DNA of 63,996 nt, filler included, from Sphacelaria rigidula (lineage: Eukaryota): assembly GCA_964200075.2 (NCBI GenBank). It is 3 parts of 3 records of this genome, joined end to end, with 100 filler letters (N's around TTAATTAATTAA, not from the genome) between each part and the next. Parts side by side here need not be neighbours in the genome. Positions count along the whole stretch, not along the records: positions 1 to 21,474 come from CAXNAA020000419.1; positions 21,575 to 43,042 come from CAXNAA020000420.1; 1 more part is not named here. One strand, given 5' to 3'. The notes under the pieces are model-generated. The model was not told the DNA's origin. It ran no database searches and saw nothing but the letters and a program-made list of their open reading frames with translations. Below, piece by piece: positions 11,530 to 23,443 of this stretch. A program made the translations under genes and the position numbers. The stretch's first letter is position 1. Each line of letters opens with the position of its first letter.

Positions 11530-13142
11530 CTGTGAATGAGTGAACCAAAAAACAGCACGAGGAAGACGAAATATATGCGGAGCACGTTGGTTAGCGGGAG
11601 AAGCACGATGCGTGCTCAACACCCTCGATTTGGTGTCCAAAAACCTTCATCAGGAATTGCGGGTGGGGTGATCAATAGATGTGGGAAGAAACGATTGGCT
11701 AGGTCGGCATGCGTGTCACTTCGGCGCCGTGGAAGACGAGAACGTCTTGCCTTGGTACACCCACCGTCGTTGTATTTCTTCATTTGATATCCGCTGGGTA
11801 CACGGTCAGCCATGCTAATGGCATTATTCGATCGAAGTCTGAGGGCTGACCTGCATACTGCGATACTTATTTAAATCGCCTGAAATCGATCACGGTTAAT
11901 TTCGGTTCAGAACTATCGTGTTGCAACGAAAGAGCAGATTTACAGTTGTTGCAACTACAGGTGGATTCTGAGCACCCATGTAGAAAGTTGGTGCACGGAA
12001 ACGCTTCACCGGCTTTTATCCATCTTTGTGGGGTACTTGGTCTTATGCCTTGCAAGTGATGCACGCTGGCAGCCTCGACTACTACGAAATACGGGGCAGT
12101 GTAATGCTGGCACGCCTGAAATATTTAAATCTTACACGCATGTCAGTGTTCGCAATGCGCTTTGCGAACAAAATGCAGCATTTTCCTGTGGTCTTCCGTT
12201 GTGTTGGAAGCGCCCCGGGTGTCCTCTTTGTATACGTTACTTCCATACCATACGATACTCGCGAACATTTTGCATTACTGTAAACATGAAAATTACTCTC
12301 GCTGCACACGCTCATTTTAGATCCGTGTGAAAAACGGATATGGATATGGGTGCTAGCTCTGCAATTGCTTTCACAGATTGCAGATACAGATGGTCTGCGG
12401 CTATTGCGAACGTATTCTAACCGGTTAATAACGTATGATAAAGTGGTTTTAAACTAGCAGATGTCTGTAATCGTCGGGAAAGCTACTCTACACTGGTGGA
12501 TATCTGCCCACGTTCCACTGTGAATACATATTTCATGTTTCGTTCTGTGGTAGGTGTGAACCAAGTCGGCGATGTCGAGCGATTTGTGGCGTAAAATAAA
12601 ATGACCCGACCAATCAAAACCATCAAGATGGTGACCCCACTCCTTTCAGGCCTTCTGCTCGACCTAAAATTTCCCCCGCAATACGCATGGTCAACATGGG
12701 GAGCTTTCTCCAATGATCTGGGAAGCTTTTCCCGATGATTTGATAAGGTTGAAGCTCCCTCGCCCCTTGATAGGTTAAGGGGTAGGTACAAAGTGAGAAA
12801 AGAGACCACATATTCGTGGGGGACGGGGATCAAAGTAATGGGAAAACTTGTGCGAGAGGCTGCCTGCCCCCTTCCCCTCCCCCCCTGAAAGGTTGAGCCC
12901 AAGGAGACCCGTGGACTGTCCCCCGGTGATACTGTTCCGAGACGGAGCTGGCGATTGAAGGGTTGTGGACACGAAATTTCAAGGAAAGGAGCGAATCGAC
13001 CATTCGAAGGCTGTTGCTACCGGTTTCGTTCAATTTGGGAGATGACGGCGCATCATAAGTTCGGAAATTCATTCAAATGGATTTGGTTCTAAAAATGTCC
13101 TGAACAAAAAACGTGTTTTAGCAGCCAGCGACTGGTCGATTC

Positions 13143-14319
13143 CAAGGGTAGGTCGAGTAGAGTATACTCAATACTCAGTATTTTTGAAGAGTCATACTTT
13201 TAGTACTCAAAGTTTGAGTAGATATTTGAGATCATACTCAGTCTACTCGAAATTTGAGTAGAGTATTGAGGTCATACTCAAGTGGTACTCTATACTCAAG
13301 TATTACTGAGAGTGCTTACTCAAAAATTGAATAAAGTATTTGAGGTCCTACTCGATCTACTCAAAATTTGAGTAGAGTATTGGAGGCCGTACTCCACGTA
13401 CTCAAAATTTGAGTAGAGTATTCGAGACCATACTCAACCTACTCGAAATTTGAGTAGAGTATTGAGGTTATACTCAAGTGATATTACTCGATCTACTCAA
13501 AGTTTGAGTGGAGTATTGGAGGCCGTACTCAACGTACTCAAATTTGAGTACAGTATTTGAGGCCGGATCCGATGTACCGAAAACCTATAACTTCAACTTC
13601 AATATTCAACTTCGTACGCAAGGTACTCAAACTCGGGTAGAGGAAATACCGAGGTATTCCTAGAGTTTCCCACCCATGATCAACTCTATGTGGCCAGTAG
13701 AGTCGCTCATTTTCATAATACCTACTCGACTACTCGTCTACTCGATAACTCGATGATGATGAGTAGCGCTCTGTACTGAAAATGATATCGAGGGCGTCGC
13801 GAGGTATCGAGTATGAACTGCCGTGGTGTGGTAGGTGAGACGCGGGGGCAGGTAGGTTCGTTCACACGCCTTTTTAATTTTTTCATGGCCATCGTTCGCC
13901 CATGCATTCAGCATAGTCTGTGAAGTGACGTCACGAAGTCGCCGACTATCAGGGGTACTCACCATACCCAAGGGGTACTCTATACTCAGGTATTACTGAG
14001 AGTGCGAGTATTTGAGTAGAATTTTTGAGGTCGTACTCGATCTACTCAAAATTTGAGTCGAGTGTTTGAGACCATACTCAACCTACTCAAAATTTGAGTA
14101 GAGTATTTGAGGGCGTACTCGACGTACTCAAAATTTGAGTGTAGTATTGAGGTCATACTCAAGTGATATTCTATACTCGAGTATCACTGAGAGTGCTTAC
14201 TCAATATTCGCGTGGAATATTTAAAACCATACTCGACCTACTCAAACGTCGAGAAGAGTAAATACTTGAGTAAAATACTCAAGTACTCAAAAGTACATAC
14301 TCTACTCGACCTACCCTTG
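13143..14319. mobile_element. hAT-like non-autonomous element with palindromic subterminal repeats
   Basis: Perfect 23-bp TIR CAAGGGTAGGTCGAGTAGAGTAT; perfect 8-bp TSD GTCGATTC (13135-13142 and 14320-14327); many TACTCAAAATTTGAGTA-type units. Confidence 0.9.
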
Positions 14320-14694
14320 GTCGATTCGCTCATCTCAAACTTTCAGATCCCAACTATCGAACCTAAAGTGAATACTCGCCGTAGACACCCTTTGGTCCCT
14401 TTCGCTGGGACGGACCTCAGGCACCCTTCCCTGTGATCATATGGCCTAATATTGGTCGTGAGGTAGATAGACCACGAGTAATCTAGGTGGAGGTGACTCT
14501 GCCTAGTGAACGTTCATACGCCGCTTTACCCTAGTCACAGACGAACGGTCATCCTTCTGAACAGACATCTCTCCTCAACCCTCTGACCGCGAACTCCCCG
14601 CAAATGAACTCAGATGGACTATGCCACATTTGGGGTTCACAACAGCTGTTTTTTCAAGAGATTTTTTTTTTCACGAAGATGTGGGTGTTGGTCA

Positions 14695-14717
14695 TATATA
14701 TATATATATATATATAT
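14695..14717. repeat. (TA)n microsatellite
   Basis: Short TA run seen directly. Confidence 0.8.
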
Positions 14718-15584
14718 TATAAAATAGTGCCAGAGAGCCCGTGACCGGTTTTGAGCCACAAGTAAAGAGCATGCAGAGTCAACATGTATGTCTCCGCTGA
14801 GCACTTTTCAGTTATTGTCGGGTACATGCTTTTATTGTTAGCAAATGGCGCACGCAAGCAGCGGCCACTGCTGCGATATACGCAAACATCACACATCCTC
14901 TCTCATCTCTGCTTTCGCAGCTGTCTGGTATTTTCGATGCAGGGCTGGCACAGGCACATGCACAGGCACATCTCGAGCGTGTTTTGATCTTGCACGCATG
15001 CCTCATCATCTCAACTCTACCCCTTTTTACTGTGTGTACTGCTGCTGCTACTCTACCGTGCATACATTCGAAATATTTTCATCAGTGGCTCGCAATCAAA
15101 GGGTCAACACATCAACTAAACGTCCTCTGGTCAGCCGATGCTCGTGGCATGGTATCCCTTTCCCTCCATGAACCAAAAACACAGACTCCGCTGTACTGTG
15201 GGTACCTCGCGTTCACGGCGAGGTGGAGGCATTTGCGCTGAGATCAGTCCCCTATCCAGGCACAGCTTTACAGAGGCTAAAGATGAGTCCCTCAAGCGAC
15301 ACACATGTAGATCGTAATCGGCGCCGTGAGCTATGTTTTCTAGGGATAGGTGCTGGATCAGCACATCCTGGCATAGTCCTGTGCCAAAAAAATCGAGACA
15401 AAATATACCTGGATGCCCGCAGTGTAAAACAGAAGCTTTGCTAGTGAATTTTCCGACCGTGGGTGGAGGCACCTCCGTGAAACTTGGTGCACTAGTCTGA
15501 CACAACACAGACAGCATGTGCATCAGTCGGCCGCATGTTCGGGCGTGCAGACATCTCAAACAAAGCGATTATTTGGGCAAGGGG

Positions 15585-17703
15585 AGGCCGCTTCCTATAG
15601 TCTGAAAAAAGTCACTGGAAAAAGTCGCTCAGAGACTTGTTTCGCAATGCGATTTTTCGGGGCCATTTTTCATTGAAAATCCCTGGAAACTGCAAGACTC
15701 TTTCTGTCAGCGAGATTTCGTCAAATCTGGCCGAGAAAAGCGGTCAGTTTTCAGTGAGATCAAACTGTCTGAAAAGTGGCGCTCCATTACAAACTCCTCG
15801 CATACAAGCGTAGTACGTCAGTGCAAAAACAGCTGCGCATGTTGTATGTACAGTACCGTAGCAGCAGCGTAGCTGCTGCAGCACTCCGTGAATCCTTTTC
15901 ATGACCATAGGACCAGGGACAGACAGCACAGTACAGTGCTTTCGGGTCGGCAGCGTTACTACTACAAAATAGCACGCTGTCGCCCCTACTGGCTGTATTG
16001 ACTGCTCGTGTAATTTCATACTCGTTGTGCCCGCCACCAATTGTGAACTCTGTACTATTCTCTACCGAGACTGTTATGTGTGGTATGGCACAAACCGTTC
16101 TGCTGCACATTGCACCGCTTGAGACACTACTACTCAGTGTTGCGCCAATAGAAAAAATAAGTCAAATGTGTGCCGATTTTCGCATACAGGAGTCATCGTA
16201 TGAATTATCAGCTGGGATCATCAGCGAAGTGGGTGTAGTCAACACGAGCGAGGTGAACCAGAAGGAGGACCTACGGCCCAACACGCGGCATATCTGAAAA
16301 GCTATGTTTAAGGCTGGATCGTCGACACAATTTAGAGGCTGAGAACGTGATCATGTCCTGCGTTCAGTGATGTGCATGGCGTTGCTCGGTACGGGTGCCT
16401 TGCAGGCCCCATGGTACGACGATAGATGGCGACCATGCTTCGCGTTCCAGCGCATCACCACGCCGAGGACGTGGTATATGGAGTGTGCAATCCGCCTGAA
16501 AAAGAAGCATCTCAAATGCTTTCAGAGAAAACGACAACGGCACGATCGTTTGCGTCCACGTCTTGGGGCACAGCTGATGGATTTGAAATTTGAAAACTCC
16601 GTCATGACCACTATCAAGTGCAGTATAATACGCTGATGCACTTTACGGTCTACAGGCAGTACCCGTACAGTAATACTGCGTAATCGCATCTAATATGCGG
16701 CGTAACCAGGGCGTAAGCGCATCTCATGTTTATTCGGATACTTTCCTACGGTAAACTCCCAATTTCCAGTGCAACTTTGCTCGTGGATTTCTCGCCAGCG
16801 ACTGCGCGTTCCATCATGAAACTTTGCACTAATCGGACACAACACAAACAGAATATGTGCGAAGCATCCGCGCGATTGGGCCCCAGATTTTCCTACAATA
16901 TAGTCACAAGCGATTTCGGGGAATGCCGTCCATGCGCCCTCGAATCGGCTGTACAGCAGCCGAGACTTTGCACACTACAGGCGAGTGCATATATGCACGC
17001 TTAGATGCACAAACTTAGACATGTTGAGCGGCTGGGCGGCCGATGTGGTAGCAAGCTGACACTGGTCTGTATTGCGATCCTTTGTGGATCATAATCATAT
17101 GTAGTGTACCGATCGGCATGTAGTCTGTAGAGCTGCACAGTTCATGACGCACGGCCCTACGCGCGCTGTAGCCATTGTGAGGCGCTGAAACTTCGCCCAT
17201 ATGCTGTGCGAACCACAGTCAACAGCTCCACGTCGCTATATCTGGTGCTGTACGCTGCACCAGTCCGCACTAAGGGAAAAAGCGATCAGTTTTTATTCCG
17301 ACAAAAAAGTTTGCTTGTTTCTTTCTTTTGGCGCAACACTGTACTGTTGTATGAAGCGGCGATCGGCTGAAATATGGGTAGATACGCCTGTCGTTTTATA
17401 TCAGCAACTACTGTGTTTATGTGTGTGCGTGTGTGTTGTATTACCATCCCATCTATCCTGTGTCTGGACGAGATTACGTGTTAGTTTATCGCAGGTGGCA
17501 CAAGCGCAAAATGAAAATGATGACCACTACCACCATCTGCACGCAGGCTAGATGATGGCCTCGGGTGTATAAACCCCCAGGATTTTTTCATAGAAATTAA
17601 TAAATGGTGGGACTTTGAAAACTGACTCCTCTGGAAGAAGCCACAGAGAAAACTCGTTCGACCAAACTTTTTCAGACTCTTTATAGCCTACAAGAAGCGG
17701 CCT
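15585..17703. mobile_element. Degenerate TIR DNA element, unclassified
   Basis: Imperfect ~30-bp inverted ends AGGCCGCTTCCTATAGTCTGAAAAAAGTC versus reverse complement AGGCCGCTTCTTGTAGGCTATAAAGAGTC; no clean TSD and no intact ORF. Confidence 0.45.
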
Positions 17704-20116
17704 GAAGAGGGGTCAGATTTTGTTCCGACTATTTTTTGGCGTAGGACTAGGCAGTCCTTTTCGCAGTGCCACTGCACCAGTTTCAGGAACAAACAGGATA
17801 ACGCCTTCTTGTTGATGGAAACCCATCTATTGCGCCGCAAGTTAAGCCGAAACGATGTTTTCGCGTTACTCTGCCGGGGTCACTTCGGCGGGCGTCGCCG
17901 CGCACCCAAGATACTGGCAGGATCCAGTACTGGCAAGCTGCACCAGTACCCAGCCCTAGAGTTTACTTTCACCATATCTGTGCTGGGCGTGCGTGAACTC
18001 AACGCCGAGCTCGATATTGGTGAACAGGGGAACGGATGCGTCTGCTTGGAGTGTCGACTACAGCCCAGCTTTCTCCTCCTCAAAAGCCAAGTCGACAATT
18101 GCGCGAACAGCACAGCTTGAGTATATTCTAGCACTATGTCATGGACGCGAATAATCCTAAGTCAACAACACGATATGGGCGGAGATTCCGCAGACAACGG
18201 TGAACGGTGCGATCTGTGCTACCGCTGTGCGAAAAGAATGGAAATCACGCAAGTACTGTCACATCACGAGTATACCTCCAAGTATATTATCTGCGAGAGT
18301 ACTGCCAACAATGCACTTACAAAGAAACGAAACGACAAATTCAAGAGTGTAAAAGGTAGAGGTATCTTAACCTCGCTGAAGCCAGACATGCAGCTTCCGT
18401 ATTCTTTCTAAACTTGCACGCTGTACATTATCTATCCGTGTAAAGGGATAGACCCTGCACTCTCTGCACCTCCAACACGCGAACGTATCTGCAGAGAACA
18501 AATCTCTCCGGCGGAGCCAGCACCACCGCAAGCAAGAACAGAACGACGAAAAAAACACCTTGATCCACACACTCACCGTCGTACTTTCGCCATGAACACC
18601 TCCAGTTTACTGCTCCCAGGGTCCTCCATAGCTAGCACTAGTCTCTGTGCTGTACGGTGCCTTGCGCCTACCTGCTTGCGCTTGACTGCAATTCCACCCT
18701 CGAGCGGGTTATGTCGTGCTCTGCAGGACACCCTAAATAAAGTCATTACCCATTTTGGATGCGATATAACACCTGCAGTCCCCTGTCGACATGTCCCAGT
18801 GTAGACTGCGCACAATGAACAGTACAGTATAATACAGCACCGTGAAGCGCAACACAGCACAGTGCAGCACAGTAGTAAGGAGACAAAGCGAGACGTTCTG
18901 GAGTCTGTGTCTGCGCTCGGGTTGCCTTCTACTTGGGTGTCTGGTGTCTATCGGTGTACTGTTGTGCACACTGTGATCCATCTGTCCGCGTGCACGAAGT
19001 ACCGCTGCTTCTCACAGCATAGATCGTGCCTTCAGTAGGGAATGCCCACACGCGTTGCTGGAGTTGTAGCGATCGGTTTATCCACTGCTCTCTGTGGTCG
19101 AAGACGAGTAGGCGTTCGATCCTCCCTGGCACCCTCCTTGCACAACTACGCTCCGCCCAACATGGTGAGTCAAGCCAGTGATTTGTCCTGTGTCCACTCT
19201 TCACGACAACATGACCATACGAGTAGCATACCTGCAGCATGTCATTCGACTACGAGTACGCCGATCCACGTACAGGGACAGAGTGGTCGCTGTTCTGTCT
19301 CTAGCTGGCTATAGGAATGGATGGGTCTATGTCATGATCGAATACTCCCAGCAGAGTCAGCGTAGAAGTACGAAATAGCTGCATTCATCGCTGAGTGAAA
19401 GTAAATTCAATCTTTCTGTAGACGTAACTTTCGGTGACGGGAGATAACACCCCCTCCATTCTTGCTTTCTCCTCCCATACAGTTGTATTCGTACCGCGGT
19501 AAATGACCCCAGGGACCAATTAGAAAACAAGTTATTATGGCATGCTACACAGGGCATTTGATAGATAATCGGTGCTATGCCTGTTGCAAGCACCCCCTAC
19601 ACCATGGCTTGCTCTTCGGACACCCTTGTATTGGTACCGTGGTGAATGCATTCAGAAAACTAGCACAAAACATACAGTAGTTTTACTGAAACGCAACAGT
19701 ACACGGTCTATCCACACAGAATGCTTGGGACAAAAAATCTGTGTTTTACCTGTTACATCGGAAGTTGGCGGGAAATGCATTGTCGAGGTATTGGCAGGGA
19801 GTATTATCGTCCGTTATCGACACCAGAAGCTACCTTGCGACGTATAATATGCCATGTTTTCACAAATAAAAAATAGTGCCGTCTGAGGTCAACTCTAACG
19901 GGCGCCGTTCAAAATTTTATTAAAAGAAAATCATCGCCGTTTTTTGCCTGCCGCGATTCTGAACGGGGATGAATAAAGACACTTTTATTCAATCGCTTTC
20001 GAATTTTGTCCTATGCACTCCCGCCCCCAACCCAGCTTAGGGGGGGGTAGGGAAAACCTCATAAATCATCCGTTCCACAGCAGCGTGACTCCTCACGTAT
20101 CCGACCGTCGGCTTAA

Positions 20117-20583
20117 CGCTTTGGGAACCCTCCCCGTTCGTCCCCGGATCAGACCCCTCAGTTTTTCAAGCCCTGACGACGAAGGAAAGATGGAAACAGA
20201 AAAAACCGACGGTAGCCATTTTCAGGGCGGAAGGCAACGGAAGAATCCACCAGCATACGTCACGCACGCACCATAAATGTCACCCCGTGCGGTCGGATTG
20301 GTTTTGTCCAGTGAGGGACGCAACGGGTCAAGTTTGGTCAAGTTTGTGCTCACAGCCAAAATCAGCACTTACGTGCCTGAACTCTACACAAACAAAAATC
20401 GGCACCACCTGTCTATTTTCTTTATACCGCGTCCCGTGCGTCACTGGCGCACATTTCAATACGGGTCTGGAAAACACGCCTTGGGCTAATAGTTTCGCGT
20501 GAAAGCTATATATACTTGGCCATATGTCGTGCAGAAAACAGCACTTCGAAATCCACACTTTTCCATTGCCAGTACCAAAAGGG
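20117..20583. mobile_element. piggyBac-like MITE (467 bp), same family as 8768-10530
   Basis: TTAA|CGCTTTGGGAACC ... GTACCAAAAGGG|TTAA; shares AGCCCTGAC..GAAG..AA.ATGGAAACAGAAAA.ACCGAC and ACGGGTCTG.AAAACACGC blocks with the larger copy. Confidence 0.8.
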
Positions 20584-21474
20584 TTAACTCCACTGTAACA
20601 GCACGGCGTCTGCCGACATAAAACACCGGGGGCACATTGGTTCCGTCGGCCCACGGCATGCTCCGTTCCACTACGCGTGTAGCGATGGAAACGCGGCTGC
20701 GACCGAAAAGTCGTATGAATTCCCTCACGATCGCGCGGTTACGATCCCCTCCGTGTCCGTTAAAACAAAATAAATGAACAAACTGTCGCAGGGAGCGCCG
20801 GCCCCATCACATATCACACGCCTGCTGGACCCTGCCGTCGAACACTCTCTCCCGCGCCACTTCCTCCGTCGAAAGCATCGGGCGGGTGGTCAGAAAAGGT
20901 GTTCGGGATATGATATCACACTCTCAACACTGCCGCGGGAAAACCCAGCCCCCGCTATAATCTCTGTGAGGAAAAACCCGATTCCCAGGGGGAAAATCCT
21001 CGATAGTGGTGCCATGCGCCGCAAACACAATCCGATATAACGTCAAACGCAATCCAATCCGATATAACGTCAAAGGGAGAGGTGGGCGGGAAAAAACTCA
21101 GACAGCAGCAATTCGCGATGCTGTCACCAACTGATAGTCGCACCACACCCTTCTCCCGGATCTCGTAAACCTCGACTTCAATCCACACACCGTTATTGTC
21201 ACTTCACCGTCGATGCACTTGCCTTTGTACCTTACTGCTTCTCCCTCACTGAACGGCCTCACCCGACTCATCACACAGGCAATCGTGTAGGTCAATGTGT
21301 TCTGAAGTGGCTTCTAGATACTGCAACCACTATAAACGTCTCGGAAAATTCTTCCCGCTCCTGCACAAAATGTCGATTCTTCCCGAACACAGAATCGAGC
21401 TTTTGTTGTAGTCACTTTCGAATTTTGTCACATTATGCACTACCGCCCCCAACCCAGCTTGGGGGGGCGGGGGG

Positions 21475-21574
21475 NNNNNNNNNNNNNNNNNNNNNNNNNN
21501 NNNNNNNNNNNNNNNNNNTTAATTAATTAANNNNNNNNNNNNNNNNNNNNNNNNNNNNNNNNNNNNNNNNNNNN
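21475..21574. other. Assembly gap with artificial linker
   Basis: 44 N + TTAATTAATTAA (stops in six frames) + 44 N. Confidence 0.95.
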
Positions 21575-22341
21575 CTATCTTCTTGCCTCGTGCTGTACTG
21601 GTTACTTCCCTCCAGGGAGGCCATTGTTTCACCGTATAAGGTTCAAGGACGGCTTGCATAACACAAGGTCTTACTCACATCGGGATGTCCCGTACATGAC
21701 CTTTTTCACTCCGTGTACGATTCACCATGGGCCGTTACTCCACTGATACTCCCGAGTAGACCTTCACTGCCGAAAGCTTGGCCAACGATCCCCCCACACT
21801 TTGCCCCAGCTTGTAAAATCTCCTGAAGTCTTCGTGACGCTACTCCTCCTCGTAGGTCATGTGGTCGGTCATGTTGAAATATATATGGCTATCGTGGCTT
21901 GTGTACAAAATACACAGTGGTCAACTGTCAACGTGATCGGTACGGTTGGTCCAACGGGTGAAACCAGCTCTGTCAACAAAGCTCACAGAGGCTGCACAGT
22001 GTTGATTAGACACTTGTTTGTGCAATTGAAAGAAACTATGTTTTAAACTTGGCGCTTTTCTCGGCCGAACTTAAATCGAACACAATCCGTATCTACTCTG
22101 TGGAAAACTGATTACAACCTGATGGGCTTACTCGAGGTGGGGCGCGTTGGAGAGTAAAAGCGTAGTGCTATGTCAATATCTCTTCGATACTATAGAACTG
22201 TTTATCCAAACTGCTGATACCTTAGACTCTTCTTACTCAATTTTTCACTATTCTGACAATATGCTGACTTTCTGGATATACGAGCTATACAGTGCATGCC
22301 TATTCATTATTCTACGATGACTATTTCACTTCTTCGGTTAC

Positions 22342-22372
<31 letters not shown>

Positions 22373-22851
22373 TCGCACTTTAACTGATTCCCCAGGGGTC
22401 CAGCCGTGGTATTAAGATAGACGTACCCAAGAAAAACGAAACTGAAACACGCTTTGAAGAAAAGAAGAAACAGGAGGGGAAAAGTCGAACATAACGATCT
22501 AGCAGACTAAGTCGTAACAAAAAAGTAATGAAAACGTCAACACAAGCAGAGCACATAAAGAAGTTACTACTACGATCTTCGTTATAACGATGAATCGTAA
22601 CTGGTTGTACGGTTGATCTCGAGTATGCATATTCGGAGCTTATTCGGATCTGTTATTCCTTCAAGTCCAACAGGTCATCGGTAAGGTGTTTCTTTCATGA
22701 GTGCAGTAGGTCTTGATGTTCATGTCATGCATTATCCACCCCTTTCCTCTATTAGGCGCCTTTTGCATCTGATGTCGGAAATTTCTGGGAATGGCTGACC
22801 AGACTTTCACTGGCCTATGGAAATGGGTAAGGTTTTACGGGTGTCTCACTA

Positions 22852-23386
22852 TCTTAATCGTGTGATTTCCCTCATGGTAAATGTAAGATCCAGGGTACTA
22901 TAACGAGACTATCAGAGGAAAATGTGGCGGATTAACCGATGGGAAATGGTACTGGTGATTTCCAGAAATGATACTGTAGAATGACGGTTCGGATCGATTC
23001 TCGGAATGTTCTTGAAAGTGTTCGTTGTTCTCACTTTTGTTCTCGAATGATCCGGAAACGACGGGGAGTTATCTTGTGGTATACGGTATGTTTCTACGGG
23101 ATGAAACAGGAGATATTTGCCGTAGGTCGAGAAGGATTCTCGACGAAGATGTGCCTCCGCATCTCTCACCCCACCGTGTTCAGTGTGTGCGTCTGTGTGT
23201 ATGTATGCGCGTGTGTGTGCTTTCCTACCCATGAGCGGTCTGATTTGAATGAGACGATAAAAGAGAACTATACACGTCTGCTTCTGGAACTTCATCTTCG
23301 ACAGCGGATGCTATGCGAGATTGCCTTCTAGGTTTTTGGTTGAGCATTGGGTGCTCAAGCCATATATCTCTAGACTCGACCGAGCA
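22852..23386 (+). repeat. Copia 5' LTR
   Basis: Direct repeat of 28696-29213; starts TC (TG in the 3' copy) and ends CA. Confidence 0.9.
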
Positions 23387-23443
23387 CGCTAGCGCATTCC
23401 TTGGAACAAAGAGTAGGGTAATTACCTTAGATAACGCTTTATC

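Noticed and set aside
11616-11813. ORF MADRVPSGYQ as RER1 exon 1
   Set aside because: No convincing phase-2 donor or similarity to Rer1 N-termini; left unassigned.
21475-21574. TTAATTAATTAA as a biological motif or piggyBac target
   Set aside because: It is centred in an identical 100-bp N block at both gaps, so it is an assembly linker.
21575-22050. Possible retroelement fragment after the first gap
   Set aside because: Stops in the frames examined and no identifiable motif.
22981-23331. Duplicated ORF MTVRIDSRNVLES (also at 28825)
   Set aside because: Incidental open frames within the two LTRs.
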